Position numbers and translations under genes: made by a program. Below the pieces are notes generated by a model. That model saw nothing but the letters and a program-made list of their open reading frames with translations, was not told the origin of the DNA and did not search any database. Below, piece by piece: positions 9,369 to 18,748 of a stretch of DNA of 64,000 nucleotides. This DNA is from a virus, in IMG/VR virus record IMGVR_UViG_3300032893_000004, positions 64,001-128,000 of that record; one strand, written 5' to 3'. The first letter of the stretch is position 1; each line of letters opens with the position of its first letter.

Positions 9369-12143
9369 TTAGGTCGCTGTCTGCGTGGCCGTCTGCGTCA
9401 CTTGACTTGCCAAGAGACTGATCGGGATGAAGTAGATCAAACCAGCGACTTTGATTTCAGCGCTGATGATCAAGGCAGGCCCTTCGATGTCAGCCGTGGC
9501 ATTCTTGTAGCCCTTCGGAGCATCGTCGGACTTGGCGATCCACTTCAGTCGCAGGAAGTTGAACATCTGCGCATCCAGGATACTCAGAGCGAGAGTGGCC
9601 GTCAGATCCGCTACGGACTTGCCAGCTGCCTGTCGATCGTACGTATCGATAAGAGTGAGCGCGATGAGATCTGTGATGTAGACCGCTTGCAGCGAGTTGT
9701 ACACAAAGTTGTTGTCGACGTTGTATGTCGTCTGATCGGAGTTCCAGCGGATGCCGCCGGTCGTAACCTTCTCCATGAAGAGCAAACCAGCCTGCAAGGC
9801 GGCGATCCGGCTTCCGGGGTTAGTCGAATCGAAGCCAGAAACGGTTCCGAGACCGGACACGTTCGCGAACTTCTTAACGATACCTTTATACCCGGCCGCT
9901 GCTGACATACCTGCCGCTACGATCGCGCTCATCCAAGGTTGGAAGAGCTGATTCGAGTTTTGACTGTACGAAAAGCACTGAACCGGCTGAAAAGCCAGAC
10001 CGAACCGGTACGAGCCGAGCGTGCCGGCTTCTTCCACGCAGTTTTCGAACGTGTCTTGGATGGAACCGATCGCGATGCGGTTAGCTTTCTGCTCCAGACC
10101 GCTCATCAGGATCACGTTCTCGTTGAGATACGTGTTCACTGCGTCGATCGTGTAGGTGGAAGACGGATCCGTCAAACCAGCTGCGATATCGAGCGAAGCG
10201 TCTTGCGAGATCAGCGGGACCGTGAAGTTCGTGGTCAAGCTCTGGGTAGCGTCGATGGCGGCCGTGAATGCTGCCGAAGATGTACCGCCTTTCGCGCCGC
10301 CAGACAAGAACTGGAAGTTCGGAGTAGCTTCCGGGAGACCAGGACGCAAGACAGTCCACGTGATGAGAGTACCAGCGTTGACGGCTGTTGCCCACTCGTA
10401 CGCATCCATCTTGATGCGAGCGTTCTGAACGTCGGGCAGAGTCGAAGAGGCGTTGTACGAGCCTTGATCGAGCTGCGACGGCGCTTGATTGTTGAACCGA
10501 GCCGACGGCACGTCGGCGGACCAACCTGTCTGCGAGTTGATGTAAGAGGCAAGCTGCGAAACGGTCGGAAACTGCGAGAACGCTGCTGTGAACTGCGGCA
10601 CCGAGTTGACGTTGAAGGAAATGCCGGTCGAGCTGATCACGACTTGGCCCAAGTTACCTTCGTAGCCTACTTCTAAGATAATGTCGCCGCCCGCTGTGTA
10701 CGAAGTCGACTTCGTACCTTGTAGGATGGTCAGTTCCATCTCTTCTTCAGCCGCAGACACGAGCCGGCTGTTGGACAGCCCAGCGTCGGTACCTTGAGCG
10801 TTCAAGAAGATCGAACTGACGTTTCCTTCGATGGACAACGTCTTGCCTGCTCCGGACAGAACAGCTGCGAGGAGTTGGAAGGGTTCTGCGCCGGACGAGT
10901 ACGTGAACGTCCCGGTTCCCGAACCGGACGAACCGTTCGAAAGAAGAGTTGCCGTCAGAGTAGTAGACGTTCCAGCCGTGACTTGGTAGAATCCAGGATT
11001 GATGGTGCTGAGCATCGTCGGAACTTTCAAGATGTCGCCTGCTTGCGGAACAATGTTCCAAGCAGACGGAGCTTGAATCGTAATCTGGCTGCCGTTGTTG
11101 AGCGTGACGTTGTAGGTACCGAACACGCCAGTGGCGAGGTTGCGATCGTCTCCGGACACGTTCTGGATCTCGATCTGCGTGAACAGAATCAGATCCGTCA
11201 GGTCGGAGTGCGTAGAGCCAGATGCCGATACGAGTGCGCCGGTCGTAGAAATTCTCTGGAGAGTCATCGTGGCCGTCGAAGTCGTATTCGTAACCGACTG
11301 AACGATGTAGGTACCAACATTAGCCGAACCTGCGCCAGCAAGCGCCGAAGTTTGACCCGCACCGTAATCAGTGTTGGCCGGGATGACTGCTACGTCTCCG
11401 GCTTGCGGTTCGTTCGCCCAGGTGGAACCTACCTGCAGCGTAACCAGGAGCAAGTTCGCCGAGATAGGAGTAGCCGAGATAGTCAGACCAGAAGCAGGAA
11501 CCGGCAACAGTTCGAGACCGCCCGTGGCAAGAATACCGTTCGGGATATTCTGTATCGCCGACACAAGCGAGGAGGGAGATTCCTTCGCGGTGACGGTCAC
11601 GTTCGAGAGCGGGCCACCGTTCACCCGGATGCCGAACAAGACGGTTCCGGTAAGAATCGGGGCATAATCGATCAGACCAGTCGACGGTGCAACTTCTGCT
11701 ACGGCCACGGTGGATTGATACTGAATCAAGTTACCGTTGGCACCAGGTTGATCTGCCTTGGCAGTTGCGTACTGCGGAGCATTCTGATACCGCATAGCAA
11801 GAGAACCAGAGGCAGCGGTTGACATGTTCGTTTTCACGATATTGACAGCCGTTACGTTGCCGACGATGTTCGGATCATTGGCGGCTTCGATCAGTTCGTT
11901 AAACGCATCGACTATTCGGCCGGATCCGTACTTGGCAACGACTTGGCCCAGCTGGGTAGGAGTAAACTGGTTCAAGGAGAGATCTGGCTCGTCCAGAAAA
12001 CCAGGGCCTTGGTCAGCTTCACCGATGATAGTAACAACTCCGGCGGTAGCAGTGCCGGAATTCCCCGCCTGTACAGTCAAAGATACAACTGTGCCAGGAT
12101 CGATGAGCGTTACGCCATCGGTGGTAGTATAAGACTGAGCCAT
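9369..12143 (-). CDS. Contractile tail sheath protein
   Basis: N-terminal PG...IIGEADQGP; C-terminal LSGGAKG, AAGMSAA, LLFMEK...IRWNSDQTTY; position before the tube gene. Confidence 0.85.
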   Translation of the reverse strand: MAQSYTTTDGVTLIDPGTVVSLTVQAGNSGTATAGVVTIIGEADQGPGFLDEPDLSLNQFTPTQLGQVVAKYGSGRIVDAFNELIEAANDPNIVGNVTAVNIVKTNMSTAASGSLAMRYQNAPQYATAKADQPGANGNLIQYQSTVAVAEVAPSTGLIDYAPILTGTVLFGIRVNGGPLSNVTVTAKESPSSLVSAIQNIPNGILATGGLELLPVPASGLTISATPISANLLLVTLQVGSTWANEPQAGDVAVIPANTDYGAGQTSALAGAGSANVGTYIVQSVTNTTSTATMTLQRISTTGALVSASGSTHSDLTDLILFTQIEIQNVSGDDRNLATGVFGTYNVTLNNGSQITIQAPSAWNIVPQAGDILKVPTMLSTINPGFYQVTAGTSTTLTATLLSNGSSGSGTGTFTYSSGAEPFQLLAAVLSGAGKTLSIEGNVSSIFLNAQGTDAGLSNSRLVSAAEEEMELTILQGTKSTSYTAGGDIILEVGYEGNLGQVVISSTGISFNVNSVPQFTAAFSQFPTVSQLASYINSQTGWSADVPSARFNNQAPSQLDQGSYNASSTLPDVQNARIKMDAYEWATAVNAGTLITWTVLRPGLPEATPNFQFLSGGAKGGTSSAAFTAAIDATQSLTTNFTVPLISQDASLDIAAGLTDPSSTYTIDAVNTYLNENVILMSGLEQKANRIAIGSIQDTFENCVEEAGTLGSYRFGLAFQPVQCFSYSQNSNQLFQPWMSAIVAAGMSAAAGYKGIVKKFANVSGLGTVSGFDSTNPGSRIAALQAGLLFMEKVTTGGIRWNSDQTTYNVDNNFVYNSLQAVYITDLIALTLIDTYDRQAAGKSVADLTATLALSILDAQMFNFLRLKWIAKSDDAPKGYKNATADIEGPALIISAEIKVAGLIYFIPISLLASQVTQTATQTAT

Positions 12144-12170
12144 TTAAAGTACCTCCAGCAAACTGACACT

Positions 12171-12179
12171 AAGATTAGG
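12171..12179 (-). promoter_or_regulatory. CCTAATCTT motif (putative late promoter) upstream of the sheath gene
   Basis: One of nine GATTAGG copies seen at gene junctions. Confidence 0.6.
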
Positions 12180-12438
12180 TTCTGAAACCGAAATCACGTA
12201 AGCCAGCGTCGAACTTCGTGTAGTCCATGAACCCCCTGGCTTCGAAGTGCCTTTTTACAGCGTTCTTCAGCGCAGGTTTGAACTTGTACTTGTTCTGAGT
12301 GCGCAACCACCAAGCGTCAAACGTGATAGGAATCTGCGGCGCTTGCGGACGAGTAACCGATGTTTGGCGCGGGCGAGCAGACTCAGCCTTAGGGCCTACG
12401 ATCGTGACTTCCTTCTGCGTTTCTTTTTGTTTGTTCAT
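12175..12438 (-). CDS. Small pre-sheath protein (hypothetical)
   Basis: 87 aa at a position usually occupied by a small gene in SPO1/Twort-like tail modules. Confidence 0.55.
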   Translation of the reverse strand: MNKQKETQKEVTIVGPKAESARPRQTSVTRPQAPQIPITFDAWWLRTQNKYKFKPALKNAVKRHFEARGFMDYTKFDAGLRDFGFRT

Positions 12439-12439
12439 G

Positions 12440-13699
12440 CTAGCAGTCCTTTTTCTTCCAGTGTCTCGGCTTCCAGTCCTGTTTCATGTCTTCCTTGATT
12501 TCATCCTTCGTCATCATAACACCGCATTTCTTGGTGCCCATCTCGCCTTTCTTGGTAGAAGAAGCATTGATCTGGCTTTCAGTCATCGGCTGAGTGGCAG
12601 AATTCGGATCTTTCACGCCGCCTGGCTTCACGCTCGTGCACGGGCTGATCTGCTCCGCCGTCTTTGGCTGGGTAGCAGAGTTCGGATCTTTAGTACCGCC
12701 GGTCTTGATACCCGTGGACGGACTAATTTTGCTTGCGTCCATAGTATTCGGATTCGGCTGAACACCTCGTTCTGCGAGAGCGAGTCCCATCTCGCTAGTC
12801 TTCGCAGTCTTTTTTTCAGAAGTTGCGAGACCTGCGACGGACGACATCTTTCGGAGTTCCTCAAACCTCTTCGGATCTTCCTTGGCGATCTTCAAGAGAT
12901 CTCTTACAGCGGTAAGTGTCTCTGACATAGCAAGAGGGCCTGCGTTGCCCGCACCAGCGATGGAAGTACCGGGCATATCGACTTTGTTCATCGATGCGTT
13001 CGGCTTGTGCGGAGGCACTCCGCCAGCAACTCGATTCTGAGGGGAGCGGAGCTGCGACGGCTCGTGCAGCGTACGGAGGTGCGAGAGCATCGCCTTCTGC
13101 TTATCCGGAGTATCGAGGATCTTCATGGCGTGATGAAGCGATTCGTCACCTTCCGCCACGTTGTGGGCTTCAGCTCGCGGACTGCCGGCCGGGTGAGGCT
13201 GATCGTCCTTCTTGACAGGTTGCGCATGAGGATGCATGGCGTCTTTCTTCATCTGTTCGGAAGGATATCCAGCGCCGGGGCTATCGGGACCGCAGTCGCC
13301 GCCTTGAGCTTCGCCGGCTGGATTCATCGTATCCTTCTTCATCTGGTCGCTCGGATAGCCTGCAGTCGTCGATTCGCTGGAAATTTGACCGCCGACTGGT
13401 TCAGCGTACTCTTCCTTGGTGATCTTACCGTCGCGGAGAGCTGCCTTTCGCTGATTCATCTCTTCTTTGTTCATCTTGTGTCCTGTGGCAGCCGCATGTT
13501 GGAAAGCTTCCTTACCGTACTTTTTGCGACCCACCGCAGCAGCAACTGCTCCCGGATCTCTGGCACCGGATTCTTTAGCCTTATTTTCAACGGCCTTGAA
13601 CCCCAGATATTTCTTGCTAAGTTCTTGAAACTGTTCGGGATTATCCTTTGCAGCTTTCAGGAGTTCTTTCGCTTGTTCAAGTACAGATTTCTTACTCAC
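12440..13699 (-). CDS. Low-complexity putative internal head polyprotein
   Basis: K/D/P-rich with internal repeats and many [LMV]xK motifs; GAGG RBS. Confidence 0.6.
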   Translation of the reverse strand: MSKKSVLEQAKELLKAAKDNPEQFQELSKKYLGFKAVENKAKESGARDPGAVAAAVGRKKYGKEAFQHAAATGHKMNKEEMNQRKAALRDGKITKEEYAEPVGGQISSESTTAGYPSDQMKKDTMNPAGEAQGGDCGPDSPGAGYPSEQMKKDAMHPHAQPVKKDDQPHPAGSPRAEAHNVAEGDESLHHAMKILDTPDKQKAMLSHLRTLHEPSQLRSPQNRVAGGVPPHKPNASMNKVDMPGTSIAGAGNAGPLAMSETLTAVRDLLKIAKEDPKRFEELRKMSSVAGLATSEKKTAKTSEMGLALAERGVQPNPNTMDASKISPSTGIKTGGTKDPNSATQPKTAEQISPCTSVKPGGVKDPNSATQPMTESQINASSTKKGEMGTKKCGVMMTKDEIKEDMKQDWKPRHWKKKDC

Positions 13700-13734
13700 C
13701 GTTCACCTCTCCGAGAGATAACTTAGACTCAGTA

Positions 13735-13745
13735 CAGATTAGGCT
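13735..13745 (-). promoter_or_regulatory. AGCCTAATCTG motif (putative late promoter)
   Basis: Repeated motif; its TAA is the upstream gene's stop codon. Confidence 0.55.
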
Positions 13746-15475
13746 TTGCTCTTCATGAGCTTTCTCAAGCCCTTAGGCTCGCTCTTCTTCACCGTCCCGT
13801 GCTTCAAAGCTTCCATAACTTCTTGTCTGATCCGGTCATTTCCTTTCAGATGCTCTTCCAAGCCAGGGTAGGATTTGTCGTATTGACCGTGTATGTACAG
13901 GCCTACCTTTCGATTGTTTTTGTCAGCTGCGGCTAGATCCGACGCCATCGCATCTGCGTAGCCTGCCTTCTTCATAGTGGCCTCGTCAGGGAATACAACT
14001 GCGTGCGGCTTCGAGGGATCGATAAGGTGATCGTACTTCGAACCGAGGGATTGAACGATGTTGAAGTTGGGCAGCTTTTCAAGTTCATCGAGATGCTTGC
14101 GCAGAGCCGGATGATGGCTTTTCGTATATGCATAGAACATTAGCTCGGGGTTCGCCCGTGCTATCTCCGTCCATTTTTTAATGTAATCTGGCGAGTAGAA
14201 GTCGCCCGAATCGTGCACTCGGATCGCTTTTATCTTACCCTTCTTCTTGACCTCGTCGAACATCTTGTTCATCTTCTCGACGAAGTCTGGCTTCTGCGAT
14301 GCCAGCCAGTTTGCTACCCTAGGAGGCATGGTCGTCTTGTGGAATCGCAGGAAGGAGCCTGTATCAGCGTAGCAGTACTTCGCGCATGAACCAGCACCTG
14401 GGCACGTTTCGATAGGAACGAGATTGAACGACGCGATGCCGTCCTTCGCGAGCTTCGAATTGGTCGTACTGAGCGACACTTTAGTCTTCTCAGGGTTGGC
14501 CATCATGTCCGCTTTAACGTCCTTTACACGTTGGCGCTGATTCGGACGCTGAGCGTGAGGACTATCCGGATGCAGACCCGATACCGGTTTTGGAGCTGCC
14601 GGAGGTTTAGGTGATTTCTCCGCTTTCCCGAATAGTGCCCCGATTTCTTGCCGCACGTTTGCCCACCCTTCCTTGTTGGGAAGGCCGCCGCTGTTGGCTC
14701 TCTGAACTGCGGCCCCTGCGTCGTAAGATGGTAAGCGAGGTGGAGGCAGCGGAGTCGCGGAACCCGCTTCGCCGTCTTTGTTCATAGGAATCTCGTCCTT
14801 GACGGTTGCCTTGCCTGGCTTGACGTTCGAACTATCGGTTGTCCCGAGCAGCTTCATGGACATTCGCTTGCCGTCGTGCTGATTCTTGCGCCACACATCT
14901 GTGACGAACTTAGCAGCCTCAGAACGGAGAGGATGATCGTACGGGATGACGTTCCCCGCAGCCATATGCTCCTTGAGAGAGTGAGGAATTTCTACCCCTG
15001 CCACGTGAGTCTCTGGTTTTCGTACCGGTGAATTAACCGGAGCCTTCGCGTCTTTCGGCGAGATGCCGACTTTGAAACCTTTCGGGAGAGCCTTCTGAAT
15101 GACTCGGCCGAACCCTTTAGGTTTCGGCGGTTCTTTGACCGTGACGGTTCCGAACCCTTTAGGTTTCGGCGGTTCTTTGACCGTGACGGTTCCGAAGTTC
15201 TGCTTCGGGGCGGCGGAAGGCGCCTGATCATTACCGAATTCAGCTTTCGCGTATGCGACGCGCTTAAATCCATTCCTGACCATGGTCTGCCACGGCGCCG
15301 ACAGCAGGCCGCCGGAGTATAGGTGCTGGCCTGTCATCTGATCGTTCGGGTTTCGAGCACCAGCACCGGAAATAGTCGATCCGCCTAAGGTATCCTCGGA
15401 TTGATGCTGCGAAATGTCATTCGCGCCGCCGGAAGTGATGCCTTTGAGATTCGAGTCCGAGTTGTCCTGATCCAT
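13739..15475 (-). CDS. Putative head cargo polyprotein with a C-terminal GP88-like (radical-SAM-like) domain
   Basis: TNSKL...FNL...TCPGAGSCAKYCYA (CxxxxxCxxxC), IRVHDSGDFY, FYAYTKS. Confidence 0.65.
   Translation of the reverse strand: MDQDNSDSNLKGITSGGANDISQHQSEDTLGGSTISGAGARNPNDQMTGQHLYSGGLLSAPWQTMVRNGFKRVAYAKAEFGNDQAPSAAPKQNFGTVTVKEPPKPKGFGTVTVKEPPKPKGFGRVIQKALPKGFKVGISPKDAKAPVNSPVRKPETHVAGVEIPHSLKEHMAAGNVIPYDHPLRSEAAKFVTDVWRKNQHDGKRMSMKLLGTTDSSNVKPGKATVKDEIPMNKDGEAGSATPLPPPRLPSYDAGAAVQRANSGGLPNKEGWANVRQEIGALFGKAEKSPKPPAAPKPVSGLHPDSPHAQRPNQRQRVKDVKADMMANPEKTKVSLSTTNSKLAKDGIASFNLVPIETCPGAGSCAKYCYADTGSFLRFHKTTMPPRVANWLASQKPDFVEKMNKMFDEVKKKGKIKAIRVHDSGDFYSPDYIKKWTEIARANPELMFYAYTKSHHPALRKHLDELEKLPNFNIVQSLGSKYDHLIDPSKPHAVVFPDEATMKKAGYADAMASDLAAADKNNRKVGLYIHGQYDKSYPGLEEHLKGNDRIRQEVMEALKHGTVKKSEPKGLRKLMKSKA
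15108..15196. repeat. Perfect 42-bp tandem repeat (~2.1 copies) encoding FGTVTVKEPPKPKG
   Basis: ccgaaccctttaggtttcggcggttctttgaccgtgacggtt at 15108 and 15150, partial copy at 15192. Confidence 0.95.
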
Positions 15476-15481
15476 GGGCAA

Positions 15482-15492
15482 AAGATTAGGCT
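15482..15492 (-). promoter_or_regulatory. AGCCTAATCTT motif (putative late promoter)
   Basis: Repeated motif; ATG lies 7 nt after TAATCT. Confidence 0.6.
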
Positions 15493-15493
15493 G

Positions 15494-17734
15494 TCAATAC
15501 GTTTTTAAGACCTGCTGGCCTAAGCGAAGCTCAGGAGGATGGAAGCGTATGCCGACATCTTTGGCCGTCAGAGCCGTACCTAGCTTGGACAAACGATTCC
15601 AATCGGCCTCATCTATCGCTACGTAAGGTTTGGCGTTCGTCTTAGGTCCTATCTGACTGAGGGCCACTCTCATGTGGTCGAGCTTCTTAGGCATGCCGTA
15701 GACCATCAAAACGTGCTCTTCTCGCCCGTCGATGCCTCTTAACTTGTGCGGGACATATGTCATCTTATCGTCCACTATCGGCTGATGGAGAGCATACTGT
15801 TCGAGTTGCGACCGAATGCTGTCATGGTTCAACGTCGAGGAATTGCCAAAGTCCTTGACCTTCATGCTGAATCGAGACCCATCTTTACGAGTCGTTTTCC
15901 CGCCAATCGTTACCGGATAGACTAAGTCCAGAGTAGGTGCCGGGGCGATCGTAGCTTCTGCTTTGTTGAACGCTTCGTATCCTTCAACCTCCGCCAATAC
16001 CGAGTTGGCGTCGATCTTGCGATTACGAGATATCAGACCACCTTCGCTGCCGCTCTTGATAAATGACACCATCGCACCGCAATACTTAGAGAATCGAACT
16101 TCCCTTGCGTCGCAGTCTTCGAGAATCTTGGCCAGCCACTTCGGTACGCCGGTTTCCTCTTTCACTTCGACTATGACGTAGTCGTCTTTTCGGATGCTAA
16201 GATGCCGTTTCTTGAAATCTTTCCAGTAGGACGAGTCTTTGATCATCTGCATCGACTCTGGAGATAACTGCTTAGCGTCAGAATAGCGAATGGAATCATC
16301 GATGGTTACTCTAAGCTTTTCGCTTGAGTAAGCTCGTCGCTGGTAGGTGACGACGATCTGCTTTCGGAATCCATATTTTTCTATGATCGTATTGATAGAA
16401 ACGACCCGCTTCCACAAGATATCCTTAGGGATGTCGACGTTCAACTTTTCCAGATCTTCATCGATGCGAACTAGCTCGCCGTTCGATATTGCGTCTATCG
16501 ATTCCGCTCTGATACGGATACGGATCTTCTTCGTTTGATCGTCCTTAGTCTTAAGCTTCAGTTCTAGGTACGCAACATCTTCCCAATGTTCACCGTTCGG
16601 CGAATATTGTCGTATCCGCACCTTGAAGCGAGGCTTTCTTCGCTCCATGTTATCGCGCATCGCGTCCAGGTCCGGATTGTCGAGGTAGATCGTCTTGTTG
16701 ACATTGAAACGAACGGAAGTATCCGGATCTCCGTCAGGCAACGAACTCTTGATACCGCTCAAAAGCTTGTCGAGGTTCTCAGATGGCATGAAGTGCTTCG
16801 TCTCTACGCGATTCATCAAAGCACTCGTATCCTCGTTGTGGATGATCTCGACTTTCTTCAGCGGTTTGACCGGGCCGAGGTAACTGTCCGCGAACGCGGC
16901 GCCGGCGCGAGTCATGTCTGGAGAACGAATCAGCTTCTTGCCTGATATCTTCTGGGCGTGGTCAACTAGCGCCGATCCGTTTCCTTGCCGTTGATGCAGC
17001 TTGTTAACTTCAAAGTTGAACGGCATGATCCCGTTCGGCTTATGAGTCATAGCTACGAATCCGATCTGCTTGCCGCCTTTGTGCATGCGTACGATGAAGT
17101 CGTGCTTGCGCGGATCGAACACCGACTTGTCGACCGCGAACGGCTCGACGGTGATGCGGCTGCGCACCTTTTCGATCGCTTGACAGACGCCGCTGATCGG
17201 CTCTTCCTGGCCGCAAACGATGCAGCGTGGATGCCCGTTTGGAAAGGTCCACTTGGCCGATTTGAAATCGTGAGAGCGGTGAGCTTCCGGTTTCTTTTTA
17301 TTCTCTCGTATCTTTTCGGTCTCAGCCTCGTACGATATCTGAGACTTCTTCAGACTCAGGCCCATCCAGTCTATTAGAATATTTCGCTTACCCGGCACGT
17401 GCATGTTGGAGTGCGTCGTCGGGTCCAGGAACTTGAACGTCACGAACTCGTGATCGGGATCTGACGTCGGATCGATATCGGCGTGGTCATGATGATCTGC
17501 CGCGTGCAGGACGACGTGATTATCTCCGTAGATCTTTTCGTGAATCTTATCTATCTTAACGCCCTTGATACCTGTCTCTTCTTCCAATTCGCGATTGGCT
17601 GCTTCTTGGTCCAATTCGCCAGGCTTGACATGACCGCCTGGGAGAGCCCACTTGTGATTATCTCGACGAAGCCCATGCAGGAACAGGTTTGGCTCGGAAG
17701 GATGTCTGATGGCTATGCAGACTACCTTCTTCAT
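15494..17734 (-). CDS. Multidomain protein: NUDIX + Cys micro-domain + GNAT + VTC (tunnel metalloenzyme) + degenerate 2H-phosphoesterase-like domain
   Basis: NUDIX box GGHVKPGELDQEAANRELEEETG; GNAT motif A HQRQGNGSAL; VTC motifs RVETKH, TIYLD, FKVRIRQY, LELKLK, YQRRAY, LRVTID, VEVK, FSKY. Confidence 0.75.
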   Translation of the reverse strand: MKKVVCIAIRHPSEPNLFLHGLRRDNHKWALPGGHVKPGELDQEAANRELEEETGIKGVKIDKIHEKIYGDNHVVLHAADHHDHADIDPTSDPDHEFVTFKFLDPTTHSNMHVPGKRNILIDWMGLSLKKSQISYEAETEKIRENKKKPEAHRSHDFKSAKWTFPNGHPRCIVCGQEEPISGVCQAIEKVRSRITVEPFAVDKSVFDPRKHDFIVRMHKGGKQIGFVAMTHKPNGIMPFNFEVNKLHQRQGNGSALVDHAQKISGKKLIRSPDMTRAGAAFADSYLGPVKPLKKVEIIHNEDTSALMNRVETKHFMPSENLDKLLSGIKSSLPDGDPDTSVRFNVNKTIYLDNPDLDAMRDNMERRKPRFKVRIRQYSPNGEHWEDVAYLELKLKTKDDQTKKIRIRIRAESIDAISNGELVRIDEDLEKLNVDIPKDILWKRVVSINTIIEKYGFRKQIVVTYQRRAYSSEKLRVTIDDSIRYSDAKQLSPESMQMIKDSSYWKDFKKRHLSIRKDDYVIVEVKEETGVPKWLAKILEDCDAREVRFSKYCGAMVSFIKSGSEGGLISRNRKIDANSVLAEVEGYEAFNKAEATIAPAPTLDLVYPVTIGGKTTRKDGSRFSMKVKDFGNSSTLNHDSIRSQLEQYALHQPIVDDKMTYVPHKLRGIDGREEHVLMVYGMPKKLDHMRVALSQIGPKTNAKPYVAIDEADWNRLSKLGTALTAKDVGIRFHPPELRLGQQVLKTY

Positions 17735-18747
17735 TCTTCATCCTCCGACAGCGGATCCGGTCTCTTAGGTGGCTGCGGTTTCTTGGCTGGCTCGTCTCCC
17801 TGCATCTGCCATCCTTGAGCTTCCGCGTATTTCAAGTACGCTGCAGGTGTCTTTGGGCCGTTCAAAACATACGTGTCGACCTTGAAACCCTGCAGCTTCG
17901 GGGCCGCGTACTTGATGAAGTTTGCTTCCACCTGCCCCGTGAACGTCATCATGCAAGAGTATACCATCTCCGTACCGTTGAAGTGCGGGTTGATGTCGAT
18001 GGAACCGACGTTGAATGTAGACAGGGCCACGCCGCGCCGTTCGATGTAAGCTTCCTTGTAACGCAGAAATATGTACTGGATCAGTTGTCGCATCCAGATA
18101 GCTTGGTTCATGTCCGACTCGGTGTGCATTCCGATCGCGAACGTCTCCTCAAGCCACGTTCTTTCCTTCGACAGATTCCAGAGCGCTGTCGGCGGAGCGA
18201 TGTATGCCTGAGTAAAATCGTCGACCGTTCCTTCCGCGATCGTGAACGTCGACTGGCCGGAAACCGTATTGATGACGTACGCCTTTCCTGACACTTTGGA
18301 TACTAGAAACTGACCGACGAACATCCTGCTGGTCGTAAGGTTCGACGGTAACGTTAAGGTACCGGTCGACGGATCGTACGCAACGGCAGTGAACGGTCCG
18401 TACATCTGCTGAGGCAGAGCTGTTATGTTATGAGGTACGATCTCGGAATCGTCAAGACCATCGCCCAGCTCGTCTCGCTCGGTCATCTCTCTGGAGGATA
18501 GCCTCACGACCGATATGCACGGAAAACGCGGCGTATCCACGCGATTAGTGAGGTACACGTCGATGTTGTTGCCTAGGAACCACTCCTTAGCGCGCATGAC
18601 TTCTTTCCACCCGTAATCCATCTTGGCAAGCGGGTCGAGCGCTAGATCGGCATAGATATCATCCAAGATCCAGTTATTCTTCCGCAGATCAGCGAGAGCG
18701 CCTTCGATCATCGTTTTAAGCAGAATGTCTGTTGCCTGTACGCCCAT
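17731..18747 (-). CDS. Probable tail terminator/completion protein
   Basis: TPRFPCISV motif and position in the neck-to-sheath gene order. Confidence 0.5.
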   Translation of the reverse strand: MGVQATDILLKTMIEGALADLRKNNWILDDIYADLALDPLAKMDYGWKEVMRAKEWFLGNNIDVYLTNRVDTPRFPCISVVRLSSREMTERDELGDGLDDSEIVPHNITALPQQMYGPFTAVAYDPSTGTLTLPSNLTTSRMFVGQFLVSKVSGKAYVINTVSGQSTFTIAEGTVDDFTQAYIAPPTALWNLSKERTWLEETFAIGMHTESDMNQAIWMRQLIQYIFLRYKEAYIERRGVALSTFNVGSIDINPHFNGTEMVYSCMMTFTGQVEANFIKYAAPKLQGFKVDTYVLNGPKTPAAYLKYAEAQGWQMQGDEPAKKPQPPKRPDPLSEDEE

Positions 18748-18748
18748 G

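Noticed and set aside
9402-11822. Long plus-strand ORFs opposite the sheath gene, and similar shadow ORFs elsewhere
   Set aside because: They are antisense to well-supported genes, lack RBSs or motifs, and are expected from codon bias.
9369-12143. Intein explaining the long sheath (terL and helicase also checked)
   Set aside because: No intein splice-junction or LAGLIDADG motifs seen; the extra length is beta-rich insertion sequence.
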